From Camelus dromedarius (taxonomy: Eukaryota): 64,000 nt of DNA. The stretch covers positions 116,190,001-116,254,000 of the forward strand of contig NC_087437.1 in assembly GCF_036321535.1 (NCBI RefSeq), written 5' to 3'. The position numbers were made by a program, and so were the translations under genes. Positions 49,557-62,557 of this stretch are shown here, in pieces. The notes beneath the pieces are model-generated. The model was not told the origin of the DNA. It saw only the letters and a program-made list of their open reading frames with translations, and ran no database searches. The stretch's first letter is position 1. Every line of letters starts with the position of its first letter.

Positions 49557-50433
49557 AAAAACTGTAGCTGAGAACAAGTTCAAGAGCATATGAAATTTTA
49601 ACTAATCCAAGAGGCCCATTCACCTGATCTTCACAAGAGGTCTTCCTTCAGCCCAGAAGGAGTACCTGGCCTTGTGACAAGGGCTGGGAAAACTTTTAAA
49701 AGCCAGCTCACCTGCAAGGCCAGCTTTTCTATTCAGTTTCTGGGAAAACCGTCACTCGGCCTTAAGCGTTCAGTGCTGCCCCTGGGACTTAAGTAGTCGG
49801 CTTCTTAAGCTCCTTGTCAGAATTTGTTGTTAAGTTCAAAATCTCTCAGGTCTTTCACAGAACACAAAACAGCCACAGTCCTCACCCTAACAAGTGCCCT
49901 AAAACTGGGCAGGCGTGTTCACGATTCTGTCCAGCAAGGGACAAACACACTTATGTATTTCCTCCGCTGACTCTGAACCTTTGGTGAAGAAAAACATTAA
50001 GTGGCCTTTGAGTTCTGGGTTGTGGAAAACTGGCAGAGGAAGACGTTCCCGCGGCAGGGATGGTGTTTCGGTCACAAGCTGTGGGAAAGGGGAGCAAAGC
50101 GGGAGAGAATGCTAGAAGCCCTCAGCATCCTCGCCAGGCAAGATGAAACTGCTCTGGGAGTGAGCCGTCGTTTTCTTGAGAGATGCTCCAAGCATCTTCA
50201 GTAATCAGCCACTGAAGCACTGAAAGCAAAGGGTGGCTCTGGAGACAGGAGCCGGCCCCTGCTTCCACTTTGAGTTAAATGCCTGGGACACCGCTCTGTT
50301 TCTCACCTAATCTGGTGCAGTATTCAAGAGGGCAGCTTCTCACACCCGCGTCTTTGGTGTAATCATTCTCACTGCTTGACCAAAACTTCATCAGTGTCAG
50401 CCCAGCGGCCACGTCTGGGGGAGAGGGTGTCAG

Positions 50434-50682
50434 GTAGCCTGTGGTCACATCCTGACAGCCCCGCACTGACACTCATGGTGATTTTTCACACCGTTACAAA
50501 CTTGTACAAAGGTTTCTGTAGCCTGTGGTCACATCCTGACAGCCCCGCACTGACACTCATGGTGATTTTTCACACCGTTACAAACTTGTACAAAGGTTTC
50601 TGTAGCCTGTGGTCACATCCTGACAGCCCCGCACTGACACTCATGGTGATTTTTCACACCGTTACAAACTTGTACAAAGGTT
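50434..50682. repeat. Perfect tandem triplication, about 3 x 84 bp
   Basis: Unit gtagcctgtggtcacatcc...cttgtacaaaggtttct starts at 50434, 50518 and 50602. Confidence 0.97.
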
Positions 50683-53600
50683 ACTTGAATAAATGATACG
50701 GGTACAACCGTGTGTCAGTGGAGTTTAGCAGAGCACGGTACGGTGTACAAGAACCTTCCATGAAGTGTTGATGGGTTCCTGGCTCTATGGATGCTGTGAA
50801 AGTCACTCTTTTGTCCTCAGGGTCTTATCTGGAATCACTAGGAGTCTGGACAGGATGCTCTCCGGTCTCCCTCAAGCTCTAACCGAGCCTTTGTGATTCT
50901 TCTTCTTGCCCTTTCTGGAACACAGCCGTTCAGGGCAAGTTAGTTCATTTCTGTTTAGTGACTTAAAAGTCTGAATCTGGAAGGTAGACGTGAGAGAGAA
51001 CCAATCTGAGCTCTGAGTTCATAGTTTAAAAGACTAATAACATACATAAAATGTTAATGTTAATTAATGAAACGTGGCTTTGATTCTTCTGATGTTGAAA
51101 GAGAAGAGTCACTTCCTGTCCCCTGAGGCCATAGGCAGGCAAATTTGACCTATATTCTCTCGTAATTAATGAAACACTCTTAACGATTCTGTGACCCAAG
51201 CATTTTTCTAGATCCCTCCCATCTAAACGCTGTGAGGCTAATGGCAGAGCTGCATCGTGAAGCTGACCCGGAGTTCAGCTCTCTTGTCTCCTTTTTCCCC
51301 CTGGGCTCTTTTAATCGTCACCATTATTTGTTCTGTTTCTCTTTCCCGGAATGTGTACAACCCTTCTTTATCTCCACCTATAGAGATCTTGTCCGTTGAA
51401 CTTGACTGACCCCTGTTCTGGAAGCCTTACCTCAAGCTCCCAGGCAAAGTCCACTGCCCTTCCAATGGGCTTCTAGAATATTTTGATCATGTAGCACCTA
51501 CTATGATGTATTACCCAGCTATTTGCCTATCTCTCTGCTGAACTGCAGTTGACTCCAGTTCAGGGACTGTGGCAAAGAGAAGGCACCCAATTTAGTTACT
51601 AACCAAACAACACGGACATGATACCAATAACTCAGGGCTCTATTAGCGATAGAAGGGAGCCTTTCTGGCACTGGGAGTCGCTGACCATGTCCACAATAAG
51701 ACCACGTGCATCTTACATCAGACTCCAGTCTTAGTGCTCAGATCCCCGATATTATTTTGGTTGGAAACCAGGTGGAGTGGAGGAGGAGGGTGGGAGACGT
51801 GGAGGGAGTGAGGGGCCGTGATAGGGGGGGCTGGCGTGCTGGGGGAGGGAATCACTCCAGCATGCACAGGGTTAGTGACTTTGGCCAGTGTGGTTGGTCG
51901 TCTGCCCAGATCTTGTTGGAGCTCCTGCACCATTTCCGGGCGCCCGTGCCGACGCCTGTGTGTGCATTACCCCTGAGGACCCGCAGTTCCTGCGACCAGC
52001 TCCGCAAGGGTGCCCTGGACCAGAGGAGCCCCCTCTTTGCAGATGCAGAGAGCCAGAGCACTCGGGAGACTGCATGACCCATCACGCTTTCTGTTCCTAG
52101 ACCAGGCTGACTGGGGCAAGATCACGGAAGCCCCATTACCTCATCACCGTCACCCATTACCCTTACCCGAGGTGCTACTTTTATGCCAGAACTCCCCCCG
52201 AATCAGACGGGGAGCTGGCCTTGGCCTGAGGTCTCACACTCCCTTGACTTCTCCCCTCCTCCGGCCAGCTCCCCCACTCCCCCAGGTTCCTCCCAGCAGT
52301 GCTTCTTTGCTAACGTGCACAAGCAACCTTGTCTCCCACGCGCTTCTCCAGCGCCCACTTCAAGACAGGATTTCAACCCAAAATCTTCCTAAGACAACTT
52401 CTCACTGGGCAGGCCAGAGGCAGGGGTTGCAGAATACTGAAATGTCTGAAGAGCATCCTTAACCCTCCATGGCTCACCTGCACTCAGAGGGGAATTTTAC
52501 AAACCTTGGATGGGGACAAACTGGAGGCAACTGACCAGATCCCGCCTAGCCCATGGAGGATGCTGTAAGCTGGGGTGGGGGTCCCAGGTGGTTTCCAGAA
52601 GTTTTGAAATCTGACATAACCCCCCATAAGCAGTTCCATATCTAACCCAACTGAAACAGACCTATTCGAAGGTAAAAATGTGTATTTTTCCCTCTCATCA
52701 TACTTGAAGGTTTTTCTGTCTTGATTGAAGCCAAGATGAGAATTGGAATCACTGCAGCCTTTTTAATTTTTTTTTCTTTTTAGGAAATTATTTTTGGGAA
52801 ATGGTTCTCTTGGAAAAGCTGGTTCTTGTGACCTTTTCTGCCCAGTGTTCAGACATCTTTTTAGAACTTTGGATAAAAATCCAGACTTTAGATGAATATT
52901 CTTTTTACATTTGACACACATGACAGTCTTGCTTTCAGTTAAGTGGAAAGAAAGGAAGAAGGAAAGACAGACAGACAGACAGAAAGACAATTTACTGAGT
53001 AGTCACTCATGTTTTCTGTTTTAGGCTAAAAGGTCAATAGCATTGATCATCTTCCACTACAAAATGATTAGCTGTGTTATTTGAAGACAGCTCATATGGT
53101 AGATTGCAGACCCGACTCCTTAGAACCAGATTATGACGTAACTTTTACTCATTGGATGGGAGGGAGAGTGAGTGACAAAAATTGCTATGTGAAGATTAAT
53201 AATTTGCCTTATTTCCCTCATTTACCCTCAGAAACTTCCAAAAATACTTAGATCATTGAAGTATTAAAACATAGAATAAAACCTGTCCCTGGTGACAGAA
53301 GCCTTATGGTTGCTGAGTCTAGAATTTTCCCACTCACCTCTCAAATCTTCAGGCATGTGTTTATTACGCCTTCCCTCCTTTTGTGAATTCCATCAGCTCT
53401 TCAACCTCAGGACCTAATTGTTCCACATCTCCCCAAATAAAAAAGAACAAAACTAGCTTAACGTCACCAAAATAAAGAACATTGTCTTAAACTTTGAGTT
53501 ATTTTGTGTATTCATACTGCTTCGGTGTTTCTCCTTTCTCCTTTCATCATTTTTAAAGGCTGTTATGAATGGATATGAGCTGTACTGTGTAAGGTCCTGC

Positions 53601-53739
53601 AAGAACTAAAACTTGCCAGAGGATTAGCCTACGATTATAATTCATGTGATGTATTACTTGTTGCTCACAGGAACCTACACAGGCATATGTATGCCCACAA
53701 TAGACTAATCTGAGAAGAATGCAGCCTAATGCAAACTGC

Positions 53740-53920
53740 GTGGGTGGTGAGTGAGAAGAGCTGCTTTGAGCCTCAACCCACCTCCTTCTGGCTGTGTGAC
53801 GTTGAGAAAATCACTTACCCTCTCTGGTTTCCACTTCCTCGCCCTTAAAATGTGACTAATTATGCCTTTTGGGATTTGAGCATCCAATCAATCACATTTC
53901 TAAAAGAGCTTTATAAATTG
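53740..53920 (+). mobile_element. MIR SINE
   Basis: ctggctgtgtgacgttgagaaaatcacttaccctctctggtttccacttcctc. Confidence 0.55.
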
Positions 53921-55759
53921 AGAAAGAACACTCAAATGTCAGTTTACTAATAAGAGCTGAGACTGGAAATATGCATTAAAATAAGAATGAAAGTTCACAT
54001 GTTAACAAACCATGCCATTCATTTATAATCTTTCACCAGTCTACTTGACAAATTAATTTTTTGAGGGGCTATGATGTGTCAGACGTCCCTCCAGGAACAC
54101 GTAGCCAACAAGCCAGGTGTGGTCGAGCTCTGAGATGGGGCAGAGACAGTCACTGATGAAGAGGACGATTTAGACAGTGCTGGGTGAGGTACAAAGTGAG
54201 AAGGAGAGCTGAGGCACAGAGGTGGCACCACAGGCAACGAGGAGGCACCATTTGGGCTAAACCTGAACAGTGATGAGCGATAGAGAAGGTGAGTGATGAG
54301 GGAGAACCTTCCAGGTGGAGGGAACAGCTGGTGCAAATCATCTGGGGTAGGATACGGTCAGATCGCACAGTGGGTTTTCCCTTTTGTGTTTTCCTCCCCC
54401 TCTGTGTTAACCCATTTTAGATGGGAGTTTTATAACATCCTCCCTCCCGTGAGGTCTACCTGATTCTAAGATCTGGAGGAAGACCACCTGCGTGAAGCAG
54501 TCTGGACCTTATGTGGCTTCTCCATTGTCTCAAGCCCTGAGCCCCGGGGAGCCCAGTGTCCTCTCTCAGGGGCCACCGCGCTCTCCCTGGCAGCCAAGGA
54601 AGACTTGCTTCGTGGGAAAGAGAAGGACAGAAGGACAGAGAGCGATGCAGCGTTCCCACTGGGGAGGCTGGGACAGGGAGTGACTGATGCCTGGGCCTGG
54701 AATCAACGGAGAGGAGGGGAGAAAATGGGGGAGGTCTCAGACCTTCCCCCCAAAAGCAGAGTTAACACCTTGCCCTTTCCTGCCTTCATTTCATTCAAGC
54801 CCCCAGGACAGATGCAGCCGCATGCAGGGAGAATGAGAGGGTACACAGGAGTGTGGGACCCCAAACGCAGGAAAGGGGACATATCATCTTCTTCCAGCAT
54901 ATCAGATTGCTCCCTGTTCCCTCCAATTTAAAGCAGATGCAGAGCCCTGCCTTGCCCAGGCGCCGAGGCAGGGGACTGCGCGAGTGTGCCTTCCGTCTCC
55001 TGGGCGACGGAGACGCTTTGCTTCCCTGCAACATGTTGTCTCTGGATCAGTGCAGGGATCTCCTTGGAGACAGTGCCGGTGGGAATCCTCCCTCTTAGGG
55101 TTTACCAGCGTCCACTCTGGCCACGGGACAGCTGGTGACCCACAGGGGCCTTGGACTGGCCTCCCTTGGCAGCTGCACAAAACGGCTTGCTGGGACACAC
55201 AAATGCATCCCAGAAAGAAGCCCGCTGCCTCTGTTTCCAGAGACTGAGAGACGGCTCCGTTTCGAGGATGGAATTCTGACCATTTCTCAGAAAGGTCCTA
55301 GACTGTGTAGATGAACACTGGGGACGATTCCAACATGGAATCTCAATCCCAGCTTCCGTGCTGCAGAAGAACTCGATTTCACCCATATCTACACAACTTC
55401 TCCACGTTTTGGGATCAGGGAAGACAGGCTATAGGAACAGATCAACATGGCCATAAGGGGACTGAGTTAAAGGCACACAGTGTCCCTCTGTTTATACACA
55501 GGTTTGGCACGTGTATGATCTGGATGGGTTCATTCCGATCTTCCCGAGAGGAGGGGCTTTTGTTAATATTCATTTGGAGTGGAGGGGGGAGAGGAGAGAA
55601 CAGGGGTAAAGGAGGGCTTGTCAGAAAAGATAATCTGGTTATTTATTTATAGTTTATTTCCGCAAAGGGCCTTAAAAAAAGGGCTTTGATAAGAGTGACC
55701 AGAGTTTCTTAAAGATTAACTAGCGTCCTTTAAACGGGCATTAGCTTTCTTTTATACAG

Positions 55760-56266
55760 GTGTTTGGAGGACTCGGGACTGGGTGTCCATTAGAATCTGT
55801 CGTGGGTCTGTGGATTCCCTTAAGACACACTGCTGACATCGTGGCCTCCTTTCTCAGATTTCTCTCTCTCTCTCTGTCTCTCTCTGTCTCTCTCTCCCTC
55901 TCTCACTTTCTCTCCTTCCCTCCCTCCCTCCTTCCCCGGCCCTCCCTCCCTCCACTCAATCTCTCCCAATCTCTTCCTTTCTCTCTTTCAGTCCCTTCAG
56001 GTAAATCCTACCCAAGCTTGTACCAACTTGTTTTTGACTGACAGCAAACTGCGAGAGTGTTTTCTTCATTCTGAGAGAAACTTAGAGACCTGTCCCTCCC
56101 AAGGCAACCTGCGTGGACGGCTCGTCCCCTCGCCTTCCTTGTCCCAACTTCCCATCCAGCCAGGCGTCTGCATTCATCCCTCCTCCCAGGTAAGAGGTAC
56201 AGGCTTCTGTCAGTACCGAGCAGGCTGCCTGCTGGAGACACCGCGGAAAAACTTGACTTCGAAAAG
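55760..56266 (+). other. Candidate promoter/first (non-coding) exon with alternative donors
   Basis: Acceptor ctttcttttatacag|G at 55759, (CT)n/polypyrimidine tract 55850-55995, donors CAG|GTAAAT 56001, CAG|GTAAGA 56190 and AAG|GTAATG 56267. Repeat-free, with locally raised CpG. Confidence 0.45.
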
Positions 56267-56888
56267 GTAATGAAAAGCCTGTGATCCTTTTAAAACTGAC
56301 TTAAATCATTCAAGACGTCCAAGCTTATCTGGGGGATTTACAAGTGCTGTTTGCCTGTGGAAAACGGGTTTTTACTTAATGATGGGGCAGGAAAAAAAAA
56401 AGGTGGGGGGCTTTATTCGTGCCTGTAAAACAATATCCAGATGTTGTCTTGTTTGCTGTGGGTGTAAGAGATCTAGATGGAGAGAAAGAATTGCTCTGCC
56501 TTCTCTTTACAAGTGTTTTTCCTCCTAGTGTCTGTGAGAGCAAGTTTGTTATTGATTTTCAGTGATTATATAGTTGGGGGGGGGGGTCGTCCTTCGGCAC
56601 GTACTTCCCTGTCAGTGGAGAAATCAGTTTAGGCTGGCGTCAGGCGAAACCTCACCAGAATATTTTAAAATCTGTTACCTATCCTTATGAGAAAAAAGAG
56701 TTATGTAAGTTTTCCGTGGTAGGTATAAGGAATGTAAACAATTCTGACTTTGGAAACATTAGGAACATGGTTCCCAACCTATGGATAATGGGTTTTATAC
56801 CCTGTGTATAATTTCATGGGAGTCTAGACTGTTCTCAGCTAATAAATGTTATACTGGGTGAAATTTCCACGTTGTTCCTGTGAAGCTA

Positions 56889-56920
<32 letters not shown>

Positions 56921-57370
56921 CTCCTCTCTGCACTTCCGTGTTTAGCTGCCTGAAGGGCATAAGAATGTGTTGTTCAACAGAGGTCTCTTGACCTCATGAT
57001 TTCTTTAAGTCACCAGTTAGGAAAATTACAACCAAGGCAGCATTCAACTTGGCAAAATTAAAGACCAAAATTTGTCCCATTTCATTCACACATTTCAGTT
57101 TATCTCTTCTGATCAGAAGATATCTTAATCTTCCTTTTTTGTTTTTACCTTAAAGGAAGGATTTTGAAAAAAAAAATCACAAGTGATTCTTAAAGTTCCT
57201 TTTCTGAAACCTCAGAATCACACACACACACAATTGTCAATCCCAGATCCTACCCCTTTTTTTCCTTCTCTCATAAACATTTAAACAAATACGTAATGAT
57301 CAACAATAGCCTTAGGTAATAAGTTCTCTCAATTTAAAATTGTCCTAAAAATCCAAAGAGTCAAATACAG

Positions 57371-57437
57371 AGACCGTGTGTTTTGAAATGCCATCATTTT
57401 ATGAAAGCTAAGTATCAGGAGATTTCTGCTCGAACAA
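57371..57437 (+). other. Candidate 67-nt non-coding exon
   Basis: tacag|AGACC ... ACAA|GTAAGC, about 1.1 kb downstream of the 56267 donor. The acceptor pyrimidine tract is weak. Confidence 0.3.
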
Positions 57438-58467
57438 GTAAGCTCTTACCTTACACACAGCTCCCCTTGGCGCTTGTACTTTTTAGCCATTTTCCTCCTT
57501 CCCTAGTCATCAGTATAATAAATGACCACGCAGGGGGCAACCCAGAGGTTGTAAGACAAGTCTCCGCAAAAGTTTGGAAGGCAGAAAAGCGTCACCAAGT
57601 CGCCAGTAGCCGGATCTCAGAAATGCTAAGCAAGTAACGGAGCTGACAGGTCCTCACCGAGTTAAGTAAATGCACAAGGAGTTTGGAGGGGTTAGAGAAG
57701 GAGACAGCTGATTTGTGTGATTCTGGTTGCTTAAGGAAAACACATTTTTAAAAATCCCTCCCACCCTCTCAGCACTCCTTCCTCCCACCAACAGTTGTGG
57801 TCGTTTTACAGAAAGAGCTGTTTCCCCAACTTCCCCTCCCCACACTTCCAGCCGGTGCAGACAGCCCGTGTTTGGGGGGGGGGGAGACCCGAGGCTCCCC
57901 GCTGCCAGCAGCCCCGGGGAGCCAACAAAAGCAGGTCCGCTGGCTCCCTGCACTCTCTTGCTCTGCCTTAGCGTGGGAGAAACCATGGAAGGGCTGAACT
58001 TTCTTGTTTTGGGATGTGCCTGTGTAATTATACACCTGAACGACAGCATGCTTCATACAAGAAGAACCACCAATGTGTGGCTTTAGGCACCAAATAGAGG
58101 CAAACTTTTTCAGGCCGAATCACTCAATGTCAAGCACCTGACACCTTTCCTGCCGCACCTCCTCTCATGTCAGAGACATGGGGCGGCCCACCAACGTCCT
58201 TCCTCCCACTGCTTCAGGGTCCAGAGCTGATGGTCGAGTATTTCTTTGGCTGGTGGACACAGCAGAATCTTAGAACCGGCACAAGAGTCCCCAGGGTCAG
58301 CCGTGAGCGTGGCAGAGTTGCCGAGGACTGCTGGAGGCACGTGAGTTCCCTGACCACTTCCTTCAGCCGCTTCGCTGCAAGCAACCCAGCCGCCCCTCCC
58401 TCTGCGGCAACGCCGGTGCTTCGCGCTGGGGCACATCAGGTGTCTCCAAAGGTGCTGTGTCAGCGCT

Positions 58468-58682
58468 TCTTTTTTTAACTTAAAATTTTTTTTTAAATTG
58501 AAGTACAGTCAGTTTACAATGTTGTGTCAGCTTCTGGTGTGCAGCACAGTGTTTCAGTCATACATATACACACACACATTCCTCCTCATATGCTTTTTCA
58601 TTATAGGTTACTACGAGATATTGAGTATAGTTCCCTGCACTACAGAGCAGAAACTTGTTGTTTATCTATTTTATATGTAGTA
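58468..58682 (-). mobile_element. L1 3' tail
   Basis: ttttaaattgaagtacagtcagtttacaatgttgtgtcag...gagtatagttccctgcactacag. Confidence 0.9.
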
Positions 58683-60284
58683 TCAACCCTTCTTTTCAAT
58701 AAACATAATTCTGCTCCAGAAAGAGTTCAAAAGCCATGGCAAGAGTTAACGTTAGCTTATGCTGGCCGAGCAGAGTGTGGTGCTTGCTAATGGGTAAGTG
58801 AAGTTGCACGGCAGACCGAGGTTATGACCCCCCGTCCTCTCTCCAGCCCTTCACCTGTGACTTGTAGACACACCTGGGGAGGGGGCTTGGGCGCAGTTGG
58901 AGCGGCCGGGCTGCGTAGGAGCAGAGCAGAGGAGCTAACTGCACTTGCCCTGTGCCCCTCAAGGGTGCAGCGTCACGGAGGAGGCAGATCTGACTCAACA
59001 CACCTGGCTCTCTGCTGCCACTCTGGTGGTTTTCTGCCACCAGTTTTAGAAATGGGGAGAGTGCAGTGTGGCCAGAAGTAGTCAAACCCTCCGACAATTA
59101 AAGGAACCAAGGGCAGCCTGCTTCCTCACCTTGGAAGGGAGAATTGAGGGCACAAAGGAAGAGAGAATAACTTACAATCTAAAAGCAAAAGTTCCAGGAA
59201 AGAAGTTTTATTTGCTCAGTGTTACTTTGTTGGGAGAAAAGGGGAAAAAATGAGCATGTGGGCATTCCTGATAAAAGGCAAAGCCAGAAAGGGGAGACTG
59301 AGAAATGGCTGCCCACCCCTTCCCCCGGCCGGCAGAATGCTCAGTGGGCTGATGCGGACAGTGATGTGGGCAACTCCTCACAGTGCAGCTGGAGTCCACA
59401 TAGAAAGTTCAACCATATTCCCAGGGCTTTTCAGCCAAAAACCATTTTTGCTCTTCTGATAGAGGTTGGCGCTTGTGAGGAGTCTGCACACTTACCTTCC
59501 CTTCGATTGATATCATGCATCACCTGATGAAGGGCTCCATCAGCCAACAGTCACTGCAATCCAGTTTGATTCTAGACGTTCACACATGGCCTAACTCCAG
59601 AACACAGTCTGTGCTTCCGGACCTAAAATCCTCCAGCACAGAACTCTAGACACATTAGTTATGAGATGGAGATAAACTTGGGTTGCCTGATCAGGTTCAC
59701 GGCATCAGAAGATACATAAGGACAAGCGGGTGGTCTGTGGCACCAGAACACTCCCATCCGTAGGAAACAGTGAAAGAGAAGGCAGCGTCAGTGCTACCTG
59801 GGGGCTGAGGACCTAGAGGGGATGCTGGAAAGAATCAGCAACAGAATGAGCACAGTTTTGTTTTGTTCTTCCCTGTGACCCTGCAGCTCAGGCTCAGAGG
59901 AAGCTAGAAGTGTATTGATCCACATTAAACACAGCAAGCCGTTCCTTCCTGTGGTGTGGTGGAGGGGGCTGGTCTGTAACCAGGGGGCTGCACTGGCTGC
60001 TTATGCCCACATTTAGGGTTCCAGGTTCAGGGAAATGACCTCAGGGTCTGACTGTGTCCCTGGGATGACGAATCCCACCCATCCTCAGAGTCACCATCAG
60101 GACCGTCGGAATACAAAGGAATGGCTCAGAGGAGGAACACTGCAGAAAAGGATCCAGTTCCCAGGCTGTTTTGAGGACCCAGGTGGCCAGATTTGGGTTT
60201 CAAGCCACATGCTATTTCAGTCCTTGTTGCCCAGGTCGGGAGCTGATCGCTATGAACTTCTTGTGAGTTTTCTCCAGTGCCGGG

Positions 60285-60464
60285 ACCAGAGGCTGATCAA
60301 TATTTTACAAAGCTTGAAGATGCTACAATTTTAAGGGCCCTCTTTAAGGGAAAGGAATGATTGAAAGGATGACTATAAAATTAAGTACAAAATTTGGAAA
60401 GGGCTGGGGCAAGGGAGGAGCCCTGAAGCTTGCATTCCATTAACTTCATGAGAAATCCACTCTG
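60285..60464 (-). mobile_element. MER53-like hAT MITE
   Basis: gggccctctttaag...aaattaagtaca...ccctgaagcttgcattccattaacttcatgagaaatcc is the reverse complement of the recalled MER53 consensus. Confidence 0.7.
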
Positions 60465-62526
60465 TGTCATAGGTAATAAAGGCTCAATACTTGTTTCCTG
60501 AAGGAATGTTTTATTAATTTATGTAAATTAGCTGCTGGCTGCCCTCTAAGTAACTCTGAAAAATGATAAGCGAAAATATCAAATCATCATGTTTATACAC
60601 ATCTAATGATCGGTGACATATGGAAACTGATCTGAGAGATGCCTAGAACGTTTCTCGTTTCACGGGCAGATTGTCGTGAAAGGCAGATCCTTGTACCATG
60701 GTCGAAACTTTAGGTCGTTACCAAACCCAAGGGTAAGATGCTATCCAAACTCTGTTTTCCCTACAGCAGAGGATGTGGGAACTGGAACTCATGGTGCCCT
60801 TTTTCCATTTGAAAAGCCCTCAAGTTAAAACCCAAAGAACATCCTGCTAATTGCGAGCCTAGAACCTAGACAGATATTAAAGCATCAGGAACACCCTTCT
60901 CTTTTAACAGACTTGAGGGTTTGTCCAGTGAAATATCTACATGTCTGGCAAGGGACAGCCCCTTCTGTTTCTACGAATCCTGCTTCCAGTTCCAATAGCA
61001 GTTATCAGTGTCATTTCTCAGCGTGAATGCTTGCGAAACCCACACCTTCCAGGCTGAATCACGCTCTTGCTCAGCGATGTTTAGGGCTTCAAATATTCGC
61101 AGAGGGATATCTTGCTCATCCTCATCTTCTTTGCCAAAGAATGCAAGGTTGTTCCCCAAATGAATCTGGCTTTCTTACTTCCTCAGTTACCCCTTTGTCT
61201 AGCCCTACCTTTGAGGAGCAACGTTGAGACATTTATCATTTGCTTTGAAATATCATGTAACCTGACGTCGCCTCTACGCTTCCTGCCAACCCCACCCCAC
61301 ACACCTGTCACAAGTGAAAGAAAATATATGGGCTCTTGGGGGACACTTGGCTCCTTTGTCAAGAACCCCCTAAATGCAAGGAGTGAGAGCCCACCCTGTC
61401 TTCTGCCTAGTCTCAAAAGTCCATGGAAAGAATGTATGTATAAACAGACAGTGAGCTACGTTACATGCAGACATACATGTGCAAGTGACAAAGGCAATGT
61501 GGGTGTGTGTTTAGCCATAACGTTAATAATGAAACTGACTGTGCAGATACAGATGGAATATTCCAATGCCAACAATGTCACAATACAGTGGTGCTTTACT
61601 TTTGATATCTTGTCTTGTTTAATAAATTTCAAATCTATAATTTCTGCCTCAGGTCTATACTGAAGATTAAGTGTCCCCAAAATTGCCTTCTAGACAGGGT
61701 TGCTATAGTGACATTGATCTTAGCATCACTCTTTAGCAAATTAGGTGGGTAGCATGTCATGTGACTCAGTTCTCATGGACACGGATACTGTGATAACCTG
61801 ATCAAGAAACACTCAGGGTTGCAGCTCCTGGCACCACGACCCACCTGACCCCTGCTGCCTTGGGGAGGTGAGAACAGTGAGGGCTCCACTCCAGTGCCTT
61901 CATAACCCAGTCCCCTGGGAATTGGGGGGAGCCCCCTTAGAAGCTGGCCCTACGCTTCTTGCCTTAGAGGTCTCGGGGCAGGACGAATCCCCTAGCCAGA
62001 AGGCTGGAAGGAGCATCCTGAAACACAATCAAGTTTAACAGTAAAGCAGCATCTCTCCTGGGAAGTCCCGCTGGCCAGCAGTGAGTCCTGAAGGGAGTTC
62101 TGTGCAATTCTTGCCCTGCAAGGGATATGAAGGTCTATACTCGGATAGGTTTGGGAACTCCGTCAGAGTCTATAGTTCCCACTTGGAAATTCCCAGTTAT
62201 CATTATTATTATATTAAAAAGTCTAAGAAATCCAGCAGCAAAGGCATCCTTTAACTTTGACTTCCAAATTGTTTAACCATTCTGGACTACAGAACTGTCT
62301 CCCACCTCCCTCCACCTCCGTCCAACTATTATTCACTCCTCTGACTAGAGTGTCATGCAACCTACTGGGGACACTTTTGCTGACCATGATCGGTGTAGGG
62401 TGGAAAGTTTTCATGTACTCAAAGAAAGAACGTGTTCTGAGTTTCATATGCCACTTGGCTGCGAGATGTACTTTTAGGACCTGCAGGTGACTGGCCAGCC
62501 CTTGGGACTGCAAAGTAGTCAGGCAA

Positions 62527-62557
62527 AGTCAGCCACAGTCAGCCACAGTCAGCCACA
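62527..62557. repeat. (AGTCAGCCAC)3 minisatellite
   Basis: Direct reading. Confidence 0.9.

Noticed and set aside
50434..50682. CRISPR-like or protein repeat array
   Set aside because: No unique spacers, eukaryotic context, and the ORF exists only because the unit is a multiple of 3.
61112..61663. 183-aa ORF (similarly 18668-19195 and 35428-35982)
   Set aside because: No homology recognised and no splice or codon support; expected by chance in 64 kb with alternative starts.
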